64,000 nucleotides of DNA from Candidatus Latescibacterota bacterium (GTDB taxonomy: Bacteria; Latescibacterota; UBA2968; UBA8231): the NCBI GenBank assembly GCA_007136405.1, contig SLHA01000044.1, positions 3,454 through 67,453 of the forward strand, given 5' to 3'. Below, piece by piece: positions 1 through 9,798 of the stretch (position 1 is its first letter; each line of letters begins with the position of its first letter). The translations under genes were made by a program, and so were the position numbers. The notes beneath the pieces were generated by a model, which worked only from the letters and a program-made list of their open reading frames with translations, ran no database searches and was not told the origin of the DNA.

Positions 1-148
1 CCTTGATGTTCTGCGGGGTATCGAAATCAGGTTCGCCGGCCGAAAGGGCGATGACGTCGACGCCGTCCCGGCGCATGGCCGCTGCCCTGGCCGAAATAGC
101 CATGGTGGCCGACGGCTGCACGCGCTGAACGTTGTGAGCGAGCGGCAT
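1..148 (-). CDS. PLP-dependent class I/II (aspartate) aminotransferase, 5' part only (runs off window start)
   Basis: Manual translation MPLAHNVQRVQPSATMAISARAAAMRRDGVDVIALSAGEPDFDTPQNIK; GEPDFDTP motif; GAGGAG SD upstream. Confidence 0.85.
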   Translation of the reverse strand, partial: MPLAHNVQRVQPSATMAISARAAAMRRDGVDVIALSAGEPDFDTPQNIK

Positions 149-163
149 CCTAATCTCCTCTGG

Positions 164-1378
164 TCAGGTGGTATACTCTGCGTTGATGCGGACGTACTCG
201 TAACTCAGGTCGCAGGTGAAGATCGTCGCTCCGCCACCGCCGGCGACGCCCAGATCGATGCCGATGGACACTTCCTTGCCCGCCATGGCGGCACTCAACG
301 CCTGGGCATCGAAGGGCTGTCCGGCGCCGCCGCCGTAGATGCGCACACCACACAAGGTCACCGTGGCTGCGCCGGGATCGAAGGCGACGCCGGCATATCC
401 CATGGCGCAGAGGATCCGTCCCCAGTTGGGGTCGTTACCGAATATCGCCGTCTTCACCAGCATGGAGTTGGCCACCGCCAGACCGACCTGTCGTGCCGCC
501 ATCTCGTCCACGGCGCCCTGGACATCGACGCTCACCAGCTTGGTAGCGCCTTCACCATCGCGGGCGATCTGCCTGGCCAGATTGCAGCACACGGCCTCCA
601 GCCCGGCATACAGACGTCCGACCGCCGGATCGTCGCCAGAGGTCAGCCGGGGAGCGCCGCTGGCGCCGTTGGCCAGGAGGATGACCGTGTCGTTGGTGCT
701 CATGTCGCCATCGACGGTGACGCAGTTGAAGGAGCGGCGCACCGCCCGACCGAGCAGTTCCTGGAGCAACTCAGGCTCCACAGCCGCGTCCGTGGTGATC
801 GCCGCCAGCATGGTGGCCATGTTCGGGGCAATCATGCCCGAACCCTTGGCCATACCACCGAGGCGCACTGCCGATCCCTGGCAGTCCAGTTCCACGGCGC
901 ACGTCTTGGGCACGGTGTCCGTGGTCATGATGGCTCGGGCTGCATCGGCACCACCTTGCGCCGACAGAACCGTTGCCGCCGCCTTGACTCCGGCTGTGAT
1001 CCGGTCCATGGGCATGGGTACCCCGATAACCCCGGTGGAACAAACCAGCACCGTGGCGGCATCCAGACCCAGGGCAGCCCCGGCAATGGCACACATCGCC
1101 TCGGCGTCCCGCCTGCCCTGCTCTCCTGTACAGGCATTGGCATTGCCGCTGTTGAGCACCACAGCACGGGCGCAGCCGTCCTGCAGATGCTCGCGGTCCA
1201 CATGGATAGGGGCCGCCTGGACGCGGTTGGTGGTAAACACCGCCGCGGCGCTGGCCGGGGCGGTGCTGACCACGAGGGCCACATCCTTCCTGTTCGTACC
1301 CGGTTTGATGCCCGCCGACACACCGGCAGCCAGATAACCCGCCGGTGTCGTCACCGTACCCCCGTCGATCCAGTTCAC
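164..1378 (-). CDS. argJ: Bifunctional ornithine acetyltransferase / N-acetylglutamate synthase
   Basis: NSGNANACTG, GMAKGSGMIAPNMATML, DGEGATK, TCDLSYEYVRINAEYTT motifs. Confidence 0.97.
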   Translation of the reverse strand: MNWIDGGTVTTPAGYLAAGVSAGIKPGTNRKDVALVVSTAPASAAAVFTTNRVQAAPIHVDREHLQDGCARAVVLNSGNANACTGEQGRRDAEAMCAIAGAALGLDAATVLVCSTGVIGVPMPMDRITAGVKAAATVLSAQGGADAARAIMTTDTVPKTCAVELDCQGSAVRLGGMAKGSGMIAPNMATMLAAITTDAAVEPELLQELLGRAVRRSFNCVTVDGDMSTNDTVILLANGASGAPRLTSGDDPAVGRLYAGLEAVCCNLARQIARDGEGATKLVSVDVQGAVDEMAARQVGLAVANSMLVKTAIFGNDPNWGRILCAMGYAGVAFDPGAATVTLCGVRIYGGGAGQPFDAQALSAAMAGKEVSIGIDLGVAGGGGATIFTCDLSYEYVRINAEYTT

Positions 1379-3033
1379 CGCGTCATCCCCTCTTGTTGGC
1401 TGTCAATCATGGCCGCAGCCGCAGTGCCCGCGCCGTTGCTGGCCGCGGCCGCCGGCAGGATTCCCGCGTCTTTCATCAGTTTGTAATGCAGACTGTCCGC
1501 CAGGGCGATCCAGCTCGCGTCGATGATGTTTTCCGACACTCCTACCGTACCCCATACATCGCGACCGTCGGTGGATTCGATCAGCACGCGAACCTTGGCG
1601 GCGGTGCCATCGCGGCTGGACAGCACTCGCACCTTGTAGTCCTCCAGGTGGACCTCACGAATGGAGGGAAAATCTATTTCCAGACCTTTGCGCAAGGCCT
1701 GGTCCAGCGCGTTCACCGGCCCGTCACCTTCGGCCACGGTGTGGTGTACGCGACCGTCCACCCGGATTTTGACGATGGCTTCCGATTCCTCGTCCTGGTC
1801 CCCGGTTTTACGGTTGATCGTCCGGAAACTGACCAGCGAGAAGCGATCCTTGTATCTGCCCTGGACGCGTTGCGCCATCAACACGAACGAACCCTCTGCC
1901 GCCTCGTACTGGTAGCCTTCGTGCTCCAGCCGCTTCACCCTTTCCAGCAGACGCCTGACACTCGGATCGCGCTTGTCGAGTCCCGGACACAGGCGTTCGA
2001 GCTTGCTGACGATGGTACTGGTGCCGGCCTGGTCCGAAAGCAGGTAGCGCCGGTTGTTGCCGACCACTCCGGGATCGCAGTGCTCGTAGGCTGCCTGTGC
2101 CTTCATCATGGCGTCCACGTGAACGCCCCCCTTGTGGGCGAAAGCGCTCTCGCCCACATACGGCTGGTTGTGATCGTGGGCCACATTAGCCACTTCGCTG
2201 AGGAACCGCGAGGCGTCCATCAAGCCGCGCAGCCGTTCGCTGCCGATGGTATGCCGTCCTAGCTTGAGCTCCAGATTGGGCAGGAGCGCGCACAGATTCG
2301 CATTGCCGCAGCGTTCACCGTACCCGTTGATGGTTCCCTGGATGTGAACCGCTCCGGCCTCGACGGCCAGGAGAGTATTGGCCACGGCCACACCGGTATC
2401 ATCATGCGTGTGTATGCCCAGAGGCACGCCGAGACGGTCGCGCATCTGCCCGGTGATCCGGAATACCTCCGACGGCATGGCGCCGCCGTTGGTGTCGCAG
2501 AGCACGACGATGCGGGCGCCGCCGCGCTCGGCAGCCAGCAGGGTACTCAGCGCATATTCCGGATCCGCGCCATATCCGTCGAAAAAGTGCTCGGCGTCAT
2601 AGATCACCTCGCGTCCGCGCGCCACCAGGTAGGCCACGGAATCCTCGATCAAAGCCAGGTTCTGTTCCAGACTGCAGCGCAGCACCTGCTGCACATGCAG
2701 TTTCCAGCTCTTGCCGAAGATGGTCACGGTTTCCGTCTCGGCGCGCAGCAGGGTATCCAGCGTGGGATCCTGAGCCGGACTCAAACCGGCGCGGCGCGTA
2801 CTGCCGAAGGCGGTGACGCGGGAGCGCAGGGGTAGCCGGCGCACTTCGCGAAAAAAAGCCAGGTCTTTCGGATTGGTGGGGTTCGGCCAGCCGCCCTCGA
2901 TGAAGTGCACGCCAAGGTCGTCAAGCCGCTGCGCGATGATCAGCTTGTCATCCAGGGAATAGGCGATCCCCTCCGTCTGGGCGCCATCGCGCAGCGTCGA
3001 ATCATAGATCTCTATCTGTGATGGCGTGGACAT
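1375..3033 (-). CDS. cimA: Citramalate synthase (LeuA-like CimA)
   Basis: YDSTLRDGAQTEG, YDAEHFFDG, GYGERCGNANL, AFAHKGGVH, WGTVGVSENIIDASW; start trimmed to MSTPSQ. Confidence 0.92.
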   Translation of the reverse strand: MSTPSQIEIYDSTLRDGAQTEGIAYSLDDKLIIAQRLDDLGVHFIEGGWPNPTNPKDLAFFREVRRLPLRSRVTAFGSTRRAGLSPAQDPTLDTLLRAETETVTIFGKSWKLHVQQVLRCSLEQNLALIEDSVAYLVARGREVIYDAEHFFDGYGADPEYALSTLLAAERGGARIVVLCDTNGGAMPSEVFRITGQMRDRLGVPLGIHTHDDTGVAVANTLLAVEAGAVHIQGTINGYGERCGNANLCALLPNLELKLGRHTIGSERLRGLMDASRFLSEVANVAHDHNQPYVGESAFAHKGGVHVDAMMKAQAAYEHCDPGVVGNNRRYLLSDQAGTSTIVSKLERLCPGLDKRDPSVRRLLERVKRLEHEGYQYEAAEGSFVLMAQRVQGRYKDRFSLVSFRTINRKTGDQDEESEAIVKIRVDGRVHHTVAEGDGPVNALDQALRKGLEIDFPSIREVHLEDYKVRVLSSRDGTAAKVRVLIESTDGRDVWGTVGVSENIIDASWIALADSLHYKLMKDAGILPAAAASNGAGTAAAAMIDSQQEGMTR

Positions 3034-3162
3034 ACACAGCTCCCGCTGTTGGCCTGTTACAGTGGAACACGGCCCGCGCGCCGAACGCCGGTGACGCAAC
3101 CGTCATCCTCTGCAGGCCTGCCTGCCGCACACGGTTGCGAACGTGCGGCTCTTACGCCGCGT

Positions 3163-4224
3163 TCACGTCGCTTTGGCGACCGCCTCGGCCACCATGTCGC
3201 CCACCTCCGAGGTGCTGTATCCCATGCGTCCTGCACCCAGATCGTCGATCCGTGTGAGCGCATGGGCGATAGCCTGCTCCACCCGGCTGGCCGCCCTGTC
3301 CTCGCCCAACGTTGCCAGCATGAGCTGACAGGCGCCGATGGCAGCCATCGGGTTGATGACATTCTGCCCGGTGTACTTGGGCGCCGACCCCCCGATAGGC
3401 TCGAACATGGAGACGCCTTCCGGGTTGATATTGCCTCCAGCCGCGATTCCCATGCCGCCCTGGATCATGGCGCCCAGATCGGTGATGATGTCTCCGAACA
3501 TGTTGTCCGTGACGATGACGTCGAACCATTCCGGGTTCTTCACCATCCACATGCAGGTGGCATCCACGTGGGCGTATTCACGTTTGATATCCGGGTACTC
3601 CGCCGCGCCCAGCTCGTGGAAGACGCGCTCCCACAGGTCGAACGCATAAGTCAACACATTGGTCTTGCCGCAGAGCGTCAGCGTCATGTCTTGGTGGCGC
3701 TTGCGGGTGTATTCGAACGCATAACGCAGGCAGCGTTCGACACCCTTGCGGGTGTTGATGGATTCCTGGACCGCGACCTCGTCCGGCGTACCGCGTTTGA
3801 GACAGCCGCCGGCGCCGGCGTACAGACCCTCGGTGTTTTCCCGCACGACGACGAAGTCGATATCCTCCGGTCCCTTGTCCCGCAGCGGCGTGGGAACGTT
3901 GGGATACAGTTTGACCGGTCGCAGGTTGATATACTGATCCAGCTCGAAACGCAGACGCAGCAGGATGCCCTTTTCCAGGATTCCGGGCTTGACGCCGGGA
4001 TGACCGATGGCGCCCAGGTAAATGGCGTCGAAGGCACGCAACTCCTCGACAGCAGAATCCGGCAGGATCTCGCCCGTGCTCAGGTAACGTTCGCCGCCGA
4101 AGTCGAACTCCTGGGTCTGATAGCGAAACCCCTCTGCTCCGGCTGCCGCTTCCAGCACCTTCAGTCCCTCTCGGACCACTTCCGGTCCCGTGCCATCGCC
4201 AGGTATGACCGCGATTGTATACAA
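3163..4224 (-). CDS. leuB: 3-isopropylmalate dehydrogenase
   Basis: [38 protein letters not shown]; operon context. Confidence 0.95.
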   Translation of the reverse strand: MYTIAVIPGDGTGPEVVREGLKVLEAAAGAEGFRYQTQEFDFGGERYLSTGEILPDSAVEELRAFDAIYLGAIGHPGVKPGILEKGILLRLRFELDQYINLRPVKLYPNVPTPLRDKGPEDIDFVVVRENTEGLYAGAGGCLKRGTPDEVAVQESINTRKGVERCLRYAFEYTRKRHQDMTLTLCGKTNVLTYAFDLWERVFHELGAAEYPDIKREYAHVDATCMWMVKNPEWFDVIVTDNMFGDIITDLGAMIQGGMGIAAGGNINPEGVSMFEPIGGSAPKYTGQNVINPMAAIGACQLMLATLGEDRAASRVEQAIAHALTRIDDLGAGRMGYSTSEVGDMVAEAVAKAT

Positions 4225-4292
4225 AACACCCTCCCTGTTGTGCTGCGGCGGAAGCCGCCCCGTGCGGCAGCCACAGCGTGATCATGTTGAAG

Positions 4293-4889
4293 TCAGCCGA
4301 ACGCGCCATCGATGTATGGCAGTCTGGCCGCCGCTGCCTCGATCTGCGCCCCGGCTTCCAGCAGTTGTCCCAGTGAATCCCACCTGCCCGTGACCAGTTG
4401 CTCACGCGCCCCCTCCGGTATGCCGATCGGCAGCGTCAGGGAGCCGCAGGTTACGGTGAGCTGGGTGAGATTCAAGGATACGATGAGCGCCGGATCCGCC
4501 TCCACCATGTCCTGCAGCCGCGCCACGTCCGACGGCGGCAGCACGACACACGGCAGACCGTTGGCCACACAATTACCGAAGAAAATTTCCGCATAGGACT
4601 CGCCGATGAAAGCGCGTATGCCGGAGCGCATGAGCGCCTGGGGGGCGTGCTCCCGGGACGAGCCGCAACCGAAATTGGCGTTGGTGATCAGTATGGAAGC
4701 ACCCTGGTAGCGCGGATCGTCGAATGGATGCCCGCCGCCGGCACGGTCGTCTTCGAAGGCGTGCCCGCCCAGTTCGTCAAACGTCACCGTGCGCAGGAAA
4801 CGGGCCGGGATGATGCGGTCCGTGTCGATGTCTGCACCCCGCAGTGGCAAGGCCCGTCCGTGTATATTGGTCACATGACTGTCGTTCAT
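4293..4889 (-). CDS. leuD: 3-isopropylmalate dehydratase small subunit
   Basis: DIDTDRIIPARFL, NFGCGSSREHAPQAL; start at MNDSHV with GGAGGAG SD. Confidence 0.96.
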   Translation of the reverse strand: MNDSHVTNIHGRALPLRGADIDTDRIIPARFLRTVTFDELGGHAFEDDRAGGGHPFDDPRYQGASILITNANFGCGSSREHAPQALMRSGIRAFIGESYAEIFFGNCVANGLPCVVLPPSDVARLQDMVEADPALIVSLNLTQLTVTCGSLTLPIGIPEGAREQLVTGRWDSLGQLLEAGAQIEAAAARLPYIDGAFG

Positions 4890-4902
4890 TCCAGCTCCTC
4901 CC

Positions 4903-6306
4903 TCAACCGAGTACCGCGCGGACATCCACGACCGCGCCCTCCAGCGCCGCAGCCGCCACCATGGCCGGGCTCATCAACAGGGTCCTGCCGGTGGCGCTGC
5001 CCTGACGGCCTTTGAAGTTGCGATTGCTGGACGAGGCGCATACCTGGCGCCCCTGCAGCTTGTCCGGGTTCATGGCCAGACACATAGAGCATCCGGCGTG
5101 GCGCCATTGGAATCCCGCTTCGGTAAAAATCTTGTCCAGTCCCTCGGCTTCCGCGGCGGCGCGCACCTGACGCGAACCGGGCACCACGATGGCGGTGACG
5201 TGCGGCGCCACTTTGCCCTTGCAGGCGATGCCGGCGGCTTCCCGCAGATCCGACAGACGGCCGTTGGTGCATGAGCCGATAAAAGCGACATCGATGCTCG
5301 TGCCCGCGAGCCGCTGGCCGGGACGGAAGCCCATGTAGTCCAGGGCCTCGCGCGCACTGCTGCGGGCCTCCGCCGGCATGCGCTCCGGATCCGGAATGGT
5401 CGCACCCACCCCTGCCGACTGGCCCGGGGTGATGCCCCAGGTCACGGTGGGCTCGATGGCGGCCGCATCGACCATGACCTGGTCGTCGTATGCCGCGTCA
5501 GCATCGGAAGCCATGCACTGCCACCAGTCCACGGCTCGCGTGAACGCCTCATCCGCGGGAGCATAAGGCCTGCCCCGCAGATAGTCGAAAGTGGTGGTGT
5601 CCGGATTCACGTACCCGGCGCGCGCGCCACCCTCGATGGACATGTTGCACACGGTCATGCGCTCCTCCATGGACATGGCGTCCACAGTGGTGCCGGCGTA
5701 TTCATACGCGAACCCCACGCCGCCGTTCACGCCCAAACGGTTGATGATATGCAGAATGACGTCCTTGGCGTATACGCCTGGCGGCAGCGTGCCATCCACC
5801 TGGATCCGCCGCACCTTCAGCGGCGCCATGGCCAGACACTGGGTGGCCAGCACATCCCGGACCTGGCTGGTTCCGATACCGAATGCCACCGCTCCGAAGG
5901 CGCCGTGCGTGGCGGTGTGGCTGTCGCCGCAGGCCACGGTCATGCCGGGTTGCGTGAGACCGAGTTCGGGGCCGATGATGTGGACGATGCCCTGGCGTTC
6001 GTCGTCCGTGTTGAACAACGGCAGAGCGAAGTCGCCGGCATTCTGTTCTATGGCCTGCAGCATCCGTTCCGCCAGGACATCCTGATACGGCCGCTGCAGT
6101 CGATCCGTCGGCACGATGTGGTCCACGGTGGCGAACGTGCGTTGCGGGAAGCGCACCTCCAGACCGCGCTCCCGAAGCATCTGGAAGGCCTGTGGACTGG
6201 TCACTTCATGCACCAGGTGGAGTCCGACGAACAGCTGCGTCTGTCCACCCGGCAAGGTGCGCACCGTGTGCGCGTCCCAGACTTTGTGCAGTAACGTCCT
6301 GCCCAT
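4903..6306 (-). CDS. leuC: 3-isopropylmalate dehydratase large subunit
   Basis: [44 protein letters not shown]. Confidence 0.97.
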   Translation of the reverse strand: MGRTLLHKVWDAHTVRTLPGGQTQLFVGLHLVHEVTSPQAFQMLRERGLEVRFPQRTFATVDHIVPTDRLQRPYQDVLAERMLQAIEQNAGDFALPLFNTDDERQGIVHIIGPELGLTQPGMTVACGDSHTATHGAFGAVAFGIGTSQVRDVLATQCLAMAPLKVRRIQVDGTLPPGVYAKDVILHIINRLGVNGGVGFAYEYAGTTVDAMSMEERMTVCNMSIEGGARAGYVNPDTTTFDYLRGRPYAPADEAFTRAVDWWQCMASDADAAYDDQVMVDAAAIEPTVTWGITPGQSAGVGATIPDPERMPAEARSSAREALDYMGFRPGQRLAGTSIDVAFIGSCTNGRLSDLREAAGIACKGKVAPHVTAIVVPGSRQVRAAAEAEGLDKIFTEAGFQWRHAGCSMCLAMNPDKLQGRQVCASSSNRNFKGRQGSATGRTLLMSPAMVAAAALEGAVVDVRAVLG

Positions 6307-6320
6307 GTTGTGTCCCCCCG

Positions 6321-7871
6321 CTATACGGTTTCGGTCTGCTGCTGACTGCGTTCGATGCGCATCTCCAGACGGTTGAGCGCGTCGACATAGGCTTTGGAGC
6401 TGGCCTCGATCACGTCTGTGGAGATTCCCCGTCCCTTGGAGTTCACCCCGTTCTTCGACACCCGGACCATCACTTCGCCCAGCGCCTGGCTGCCACTCGT
6501 CACAGCGCGAATGGAATACTCCTCCACCTTCACCCCGGCTTTGGCTGCCTGGTCTATGGCCATGTACGCGGCGTCCACCGGACCGTCGCCACAGGCGCTT
6601 TCCAGCACCTCCCGGCCGTCTACCCGCAGACGCACCGTGGCCGAAGGAACCGTGCCTGTGCCGCTGATGGCGTGCAGGTATTCGAGCACGTACTTCTGTG
6701 GCACCTGGCGGATCTCATCTCCGGCGATGGCCAGCAGGTCATCGTCGTAGACCTCCTTTTTCTTGTCGGCAATCTCCAGAAAACGTTCGTACGCCTTGTT
6801 TAGATCCGCCCCGGACAAGTGGTATCCCAGCTCCCCCAGACGGTGCTGCAGGGCATGGCGCCCCGAACGGGCAGTGAGAACGATCTCCGTGTCATCCAGG
6901 CCGACGTCCTCCGGCGCCATGATCTCGAACGTGTTGCGCGTCTTCAACACGCCATCCTGGTGAATGCCCGAACTGTGCGCGAAGGCGTTGCCACCGACGA
7001 TGGCTTTGTTGGGCGCTACGGCAATTCCCATCAACCGGCTTACCAGCCGGCTGGTGGCAATCAATTCCCGGGAGGTTACACCGACCTGGAGTCCGAAATA
7101 ATCCTGGCGTGTCTTGACCGCCATGACCACCTCCTCCAGAGAGGCATTGCCCGCCCGTTCTCCCAGGGCGTTGATCGTGCATTCCACCTGGCGCGCTCCG
7201 TGGCGCAGGGCAGCCAGAGAGTTGGCGGTGGCCATGCCCAGATCGTCATGACAATGGACGCTGATGACCGCCTGATGGATGTTGGGTACGCGCTCCAGCA
7301 GTGCGGCGATCATGGCACCGAACTGCTCCGGAACAGCGTAGCCGACGGTATCCGGTATGTTGATCGTGCTCGCTCCAGCGGCGATGGCCGCCTCCACCAC
7401 TTCGTAGAGGTAGGCCGGATCCGTGCGCGTGGCGTCCATGGGCGAAAACTCGACGTCCTCACAGAAACCGCGTGCCTGCTCCACGGCGGTCACCGCCATC
7501 CGCAGAACTTCGTCCGCGGTTTTTCTCAACTGGCCCCGCAGGTGAATTGCCGACGTGCCGACAAAAGTGTGAATGCGCGCGCGCGCCGCTCCGGCCAGCG
7601 CTGCAGCGGCCCGCTCCACATCCTGCGGTAAGGCCCGGGCCAGGCCGCAGATCGCCGGACCGTTCACCTCGTTGGCGATACGCCGCACGGCTTCGAAGTC
7701 CTCGTGGGAGGAAATGGGGAATCCGGCCTCGATGACATCCACCCGAAGGCGCGCCAGCTGCTGGGCGATCTCCAGTTTCTCACGCACTGTCAGCGAAGCC
7801 CCCGGGGTCTGCTCCGCATCGCGCAGTGTGGTGTCGAAGATGATCAGGCTTTTTGCGTCCATGTCGCTCAC
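6321..7871 (-). CDS. leuA: 2-isopropylmalate synthase
   Basis: [45 protein letters not shown]-terminal regulatory domain. Confidence 0.96.
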   Translation of the reverse strand: MSDMDAKSLIIFDTTLRDAEQTPGASLTVREKLEIAQQLARLRVDVIEAGFPISSHEDFEAVRRIANEVNGPAICGLARALPQDVERAAAALAGAARARIHTFVGTSAIHLRGQLRKTADEVLRMAVTAVEQARGFCEDVEFSPMDATRTDPAYLYEVVEAAIAAGASTINIPDTVGYAVPEQFGAMIAALLERVPNIHQAVISVHCHDDLGMATANSLAALRHGARQVECTINALGERAGNASLEEVVMAVKTRQDYFGLQVGVTSRELIATSRLVSRLMGIAVAPNKAIVGGNAFAHSSGIHQDGVLKTRNTFEIMAPEDVGLDDTEIVLTARSGRHALQHRLGELGYHLSGADLNKAYERFLEIADKKKEVYDDDLLAIAGDEIRQVPQKYVLEYLHAISGTGTVPSATVRLRVDGREVLESACGDGPVDAAYMAIDQAAKAGVKVEEYSIRAVTSGSQALGEVMVRVSKNGVNSKGRGISTDVIEASSKAYVDALNRLEMRIERSQQQTETV

Positions 7872-7880
7872 TCTCCCGTA

Positions 7881-7994
7881 TCACGTCTGCCGGATGTGGG
7901 AATGCGGGCAGGTGGAGCCGTCCGGCCAGCGACTCCCCTGCCTGTCAAGGTCGAGGTCACTGGTACCGGCATTGCTGTCGAGGCTGAGCTCCAT
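7881..7994 (-). CDS. Putative 37-aa small ORF in leuA leader (MELSLDSNAGTSDLDLDRQGSRWPDGSTCPHSHIRQT)
   Basis: AAGGAG SD 9 nt before ATG; stop lies 9 nt before the leuA GTG; below ORF-track length cutoff. Confidence 0.35.
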   Translation of the reverse strand: MELSLDSNAGTSDLDLDRQGSRWPDGSTCPHSHIRQT

Positions 7995-8083
7995 CCGCGA
8001 ATTCTCCTTTTTCAGGCTGCAGTGAAAGGCCCTTTGGGTATGATGCACGAACACACCTGGATCACTGCCTGAGGTATTCTGCC

Positions 8084-8152
8084 AAGGCTTCGTTTCGTTT
8101 TCGGTTGTCGGCGGAGGCGAAAGGAAGCGAAGCCTTACAGGTAAATAAGGCT
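8084..8152 (-). promoter_or_regulatory. Attenuator-like alternative hairpins at the end of the leader peptide
   Basis: AAGGCTTCG...CGAAGCCTT inverted repeat (8084-8092/8128-8136) extended by TTC/GAA and TTTCG/CGAAA; competing AGCCTTA/TAAGGCT stem (8146-8152/8131-8137). Confidence 0.6.
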
Positions 8153-8278
8153 GCTAATAAGAATCAGGCTAAGCAGTATGAACGGAACCGCAGGAAGGGA
8201 GACCGGAACCGTCACAGGATGACGGCGTGCGGCCGGGAAACACGGGGAATGGACGATGGTATATTCCTGAGCGTGCAT
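8135..8278 (-). CDS. Putative Leu/Ile-rich leader peptide, 47 aa (MHAQEYTIVHSPCFPAARRHPVTVPVSLPAVPFILLSLILISSLIYL)
   Basis: Between a near-consensus promoter and leuA; last 14 codons contain 6 Leu and 4 Ile. Confidence 0.7.
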   Translation of the reverse strand: MHAQEYTIVHSPCFPAARRHPVTVPVSLPAVPFILLSLILISSLIYL

Positions 8279-8325
8279 GGAGTCCTGCGTCTCCGGATTC
8301 GTCTAGCGAAGAGGTACAATTACGC

Positions 8326-8354
8326 AATATAGCCGGGATGCCCCGGCCTGTCAA
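8326..8354 (-). promoter_or_regulatory. Sigma70-type promoter of the leu/cimA operon
   Basis: TTGACA-17 nt-TATATT on minus strand. Confidence 0.8.
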
Positions 8355-8478
8355 CACGATGTGGACGGCGTACCCGTGTGCCGCAGGAACCGGCGGAGGC
8401 GATAGACACGGGCACGCCGCCTTGGATCAGTATGTCCGAAGCAATGTCCGCAGCGAGCGTGGGGCGGCGCCTAGCCGC

Positions 8479-9579
8479 TCAGTTGGCGCCGCGCCCCCCA
8501 ACCCCCTTGGTGTCCGCGTTGATGGCCCGGGCCTCCTCATGTGGCCGCAGATCGCGCGTGGCCCGGCCGGCGCGCCACATCTCCGAGTTGCGCATCTCCG
8601 CCAGTTCAGCCGCCAGCTTGTCCTGGTAGTCCGGTGCGCCGCAGACTTCGATGACGCGCTTTGTTTCGGCGCCGCTTTTGACCCGTTCGTACAGTTCCTC
8701 GAAGACCGGCAGCACCGCTTCCCTGAACCGCGGTTTCCAGTCCAGCGCACCACGCTGCGCCGTGGCCGAGCAGTTGGAGTACATCCAGTCCATACCATTC
8801 TCATCGACCAGGCGGATGAGGCTTTGCGTGAGTTCTTCCACGGTCTCGTTGAAGGCCTCGCTGGGGCTGTGACCGTTGGCTCGGAGTACCTGGTACTGGG
8901 CCTCCATAACGCCTGCCAGGGCGCCCATCAACACTCCCCGCTCGCCCGTCAGGTCGCTGTATACCTCGCCGGCGAATGTGGTCGGGAACAGGTAACCGGA
9001 GCCGACGGCGATGCCCAGCGCCAGCGCCCGTTCACGCGCCCGGCCGGTGTAGTCCTGTTCCACGGCGAAGCTCGAGTTGATGCCGGCACCGGAAAGGAAG
9101 TTGCGCCGCACGGACGTACCCGAGCCCTTTGGAGCCACCAGGATCACGTCCACATGGTCAGGCGGAATGACGCCGGTGAGATCCTTGTAAGTGATGGAGA
9201 ACCCGTGCGAGAAATACAGTGCATCCCCCGGATTCAGGCATTCCTTCAGCGACGGCCACAAAGCTTTCTGGGCCGCGTCCGAGACGAGGAACTGCACCAC
9301 GGTTCCCCTGCTGGCCGCCTCTTCCACCTCGAACAAGGTCTCGCCCGGCACCCAGCCATCACCCACAGCACGGTCCCAGTCGCTTTTGAAGCGGCTTGCC
9401 TGCCCGATGATGACATCCAGGCCGTTGTCCTGCATGTTGAGGGCCTGGGCCGGTCCCTGGACGCCGTAACCGATGACCGCAATGCGCTCCTTGGCAAGCA
9501 CATTGCGTGCCTTGTCCAGGGAGAACTCCTCGCGCGTGATCACTTCCTCCTGAACTCCTCCGAAATCGATGATCGCCAT
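8479..9579 (-). CDS. ilvC: Ketol-acid reductoisomerase
   Basis: IGYGVQGPAQALN, YFSHGF, VAPKGSG, SDLTGERGVLMG, EAFNETVEE. Confidence 0.96.
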   Translation of the reverse strand: MAIIDFGGVQEEVITREEFSLDKARNVLAKERIAVIGYGVQGPAQALNMQDNGLDVIIGQASRFKSDWDRAVGDGWVPGETLFEVEEAASRGTVVQFLVSDAAQKALWPSLKECLNPGDALYFSHGFSITYKDLTGVIPPDHVDVILVAPKGSGTSVRRNFLSGAGINSSFAVEQDYTGRARERALALGIAVGSGYLFPTTFAGEVYSDLTGERGVLMGALAGVMEAQYQVLRANGHSPSEAFNETVEELTQSLIRLVDENGMDWMYSNCSATAQRGALDWKPRFREAVLPVFEELYERVKSGAETKRVIEVCGAPDYQDKLAAELAEMRNSEMWRAGRATRDLRPHEEARAINADTKGVGGRGAN

Positions 9580-9798
9580 GTCTTGCTCCTTCTGACGGTA
9601 AACTGGCCGGGTGCGGTCCAGTGATGGTTCCTGGTTCGGTAAACCTCAAAACTTAACCTTCCGAGTCAAACCGGCAAGCGTCGACCCCAACCTGCCCCTC
9701 TGCACCTCACGTTGGATAGAGACCGGCAAGCCCTCTTGGCGCCACCTGTCCGGTAGCTTTACTTAGGCTTGCATAGCCTTGACCTGGTGAACACACCC

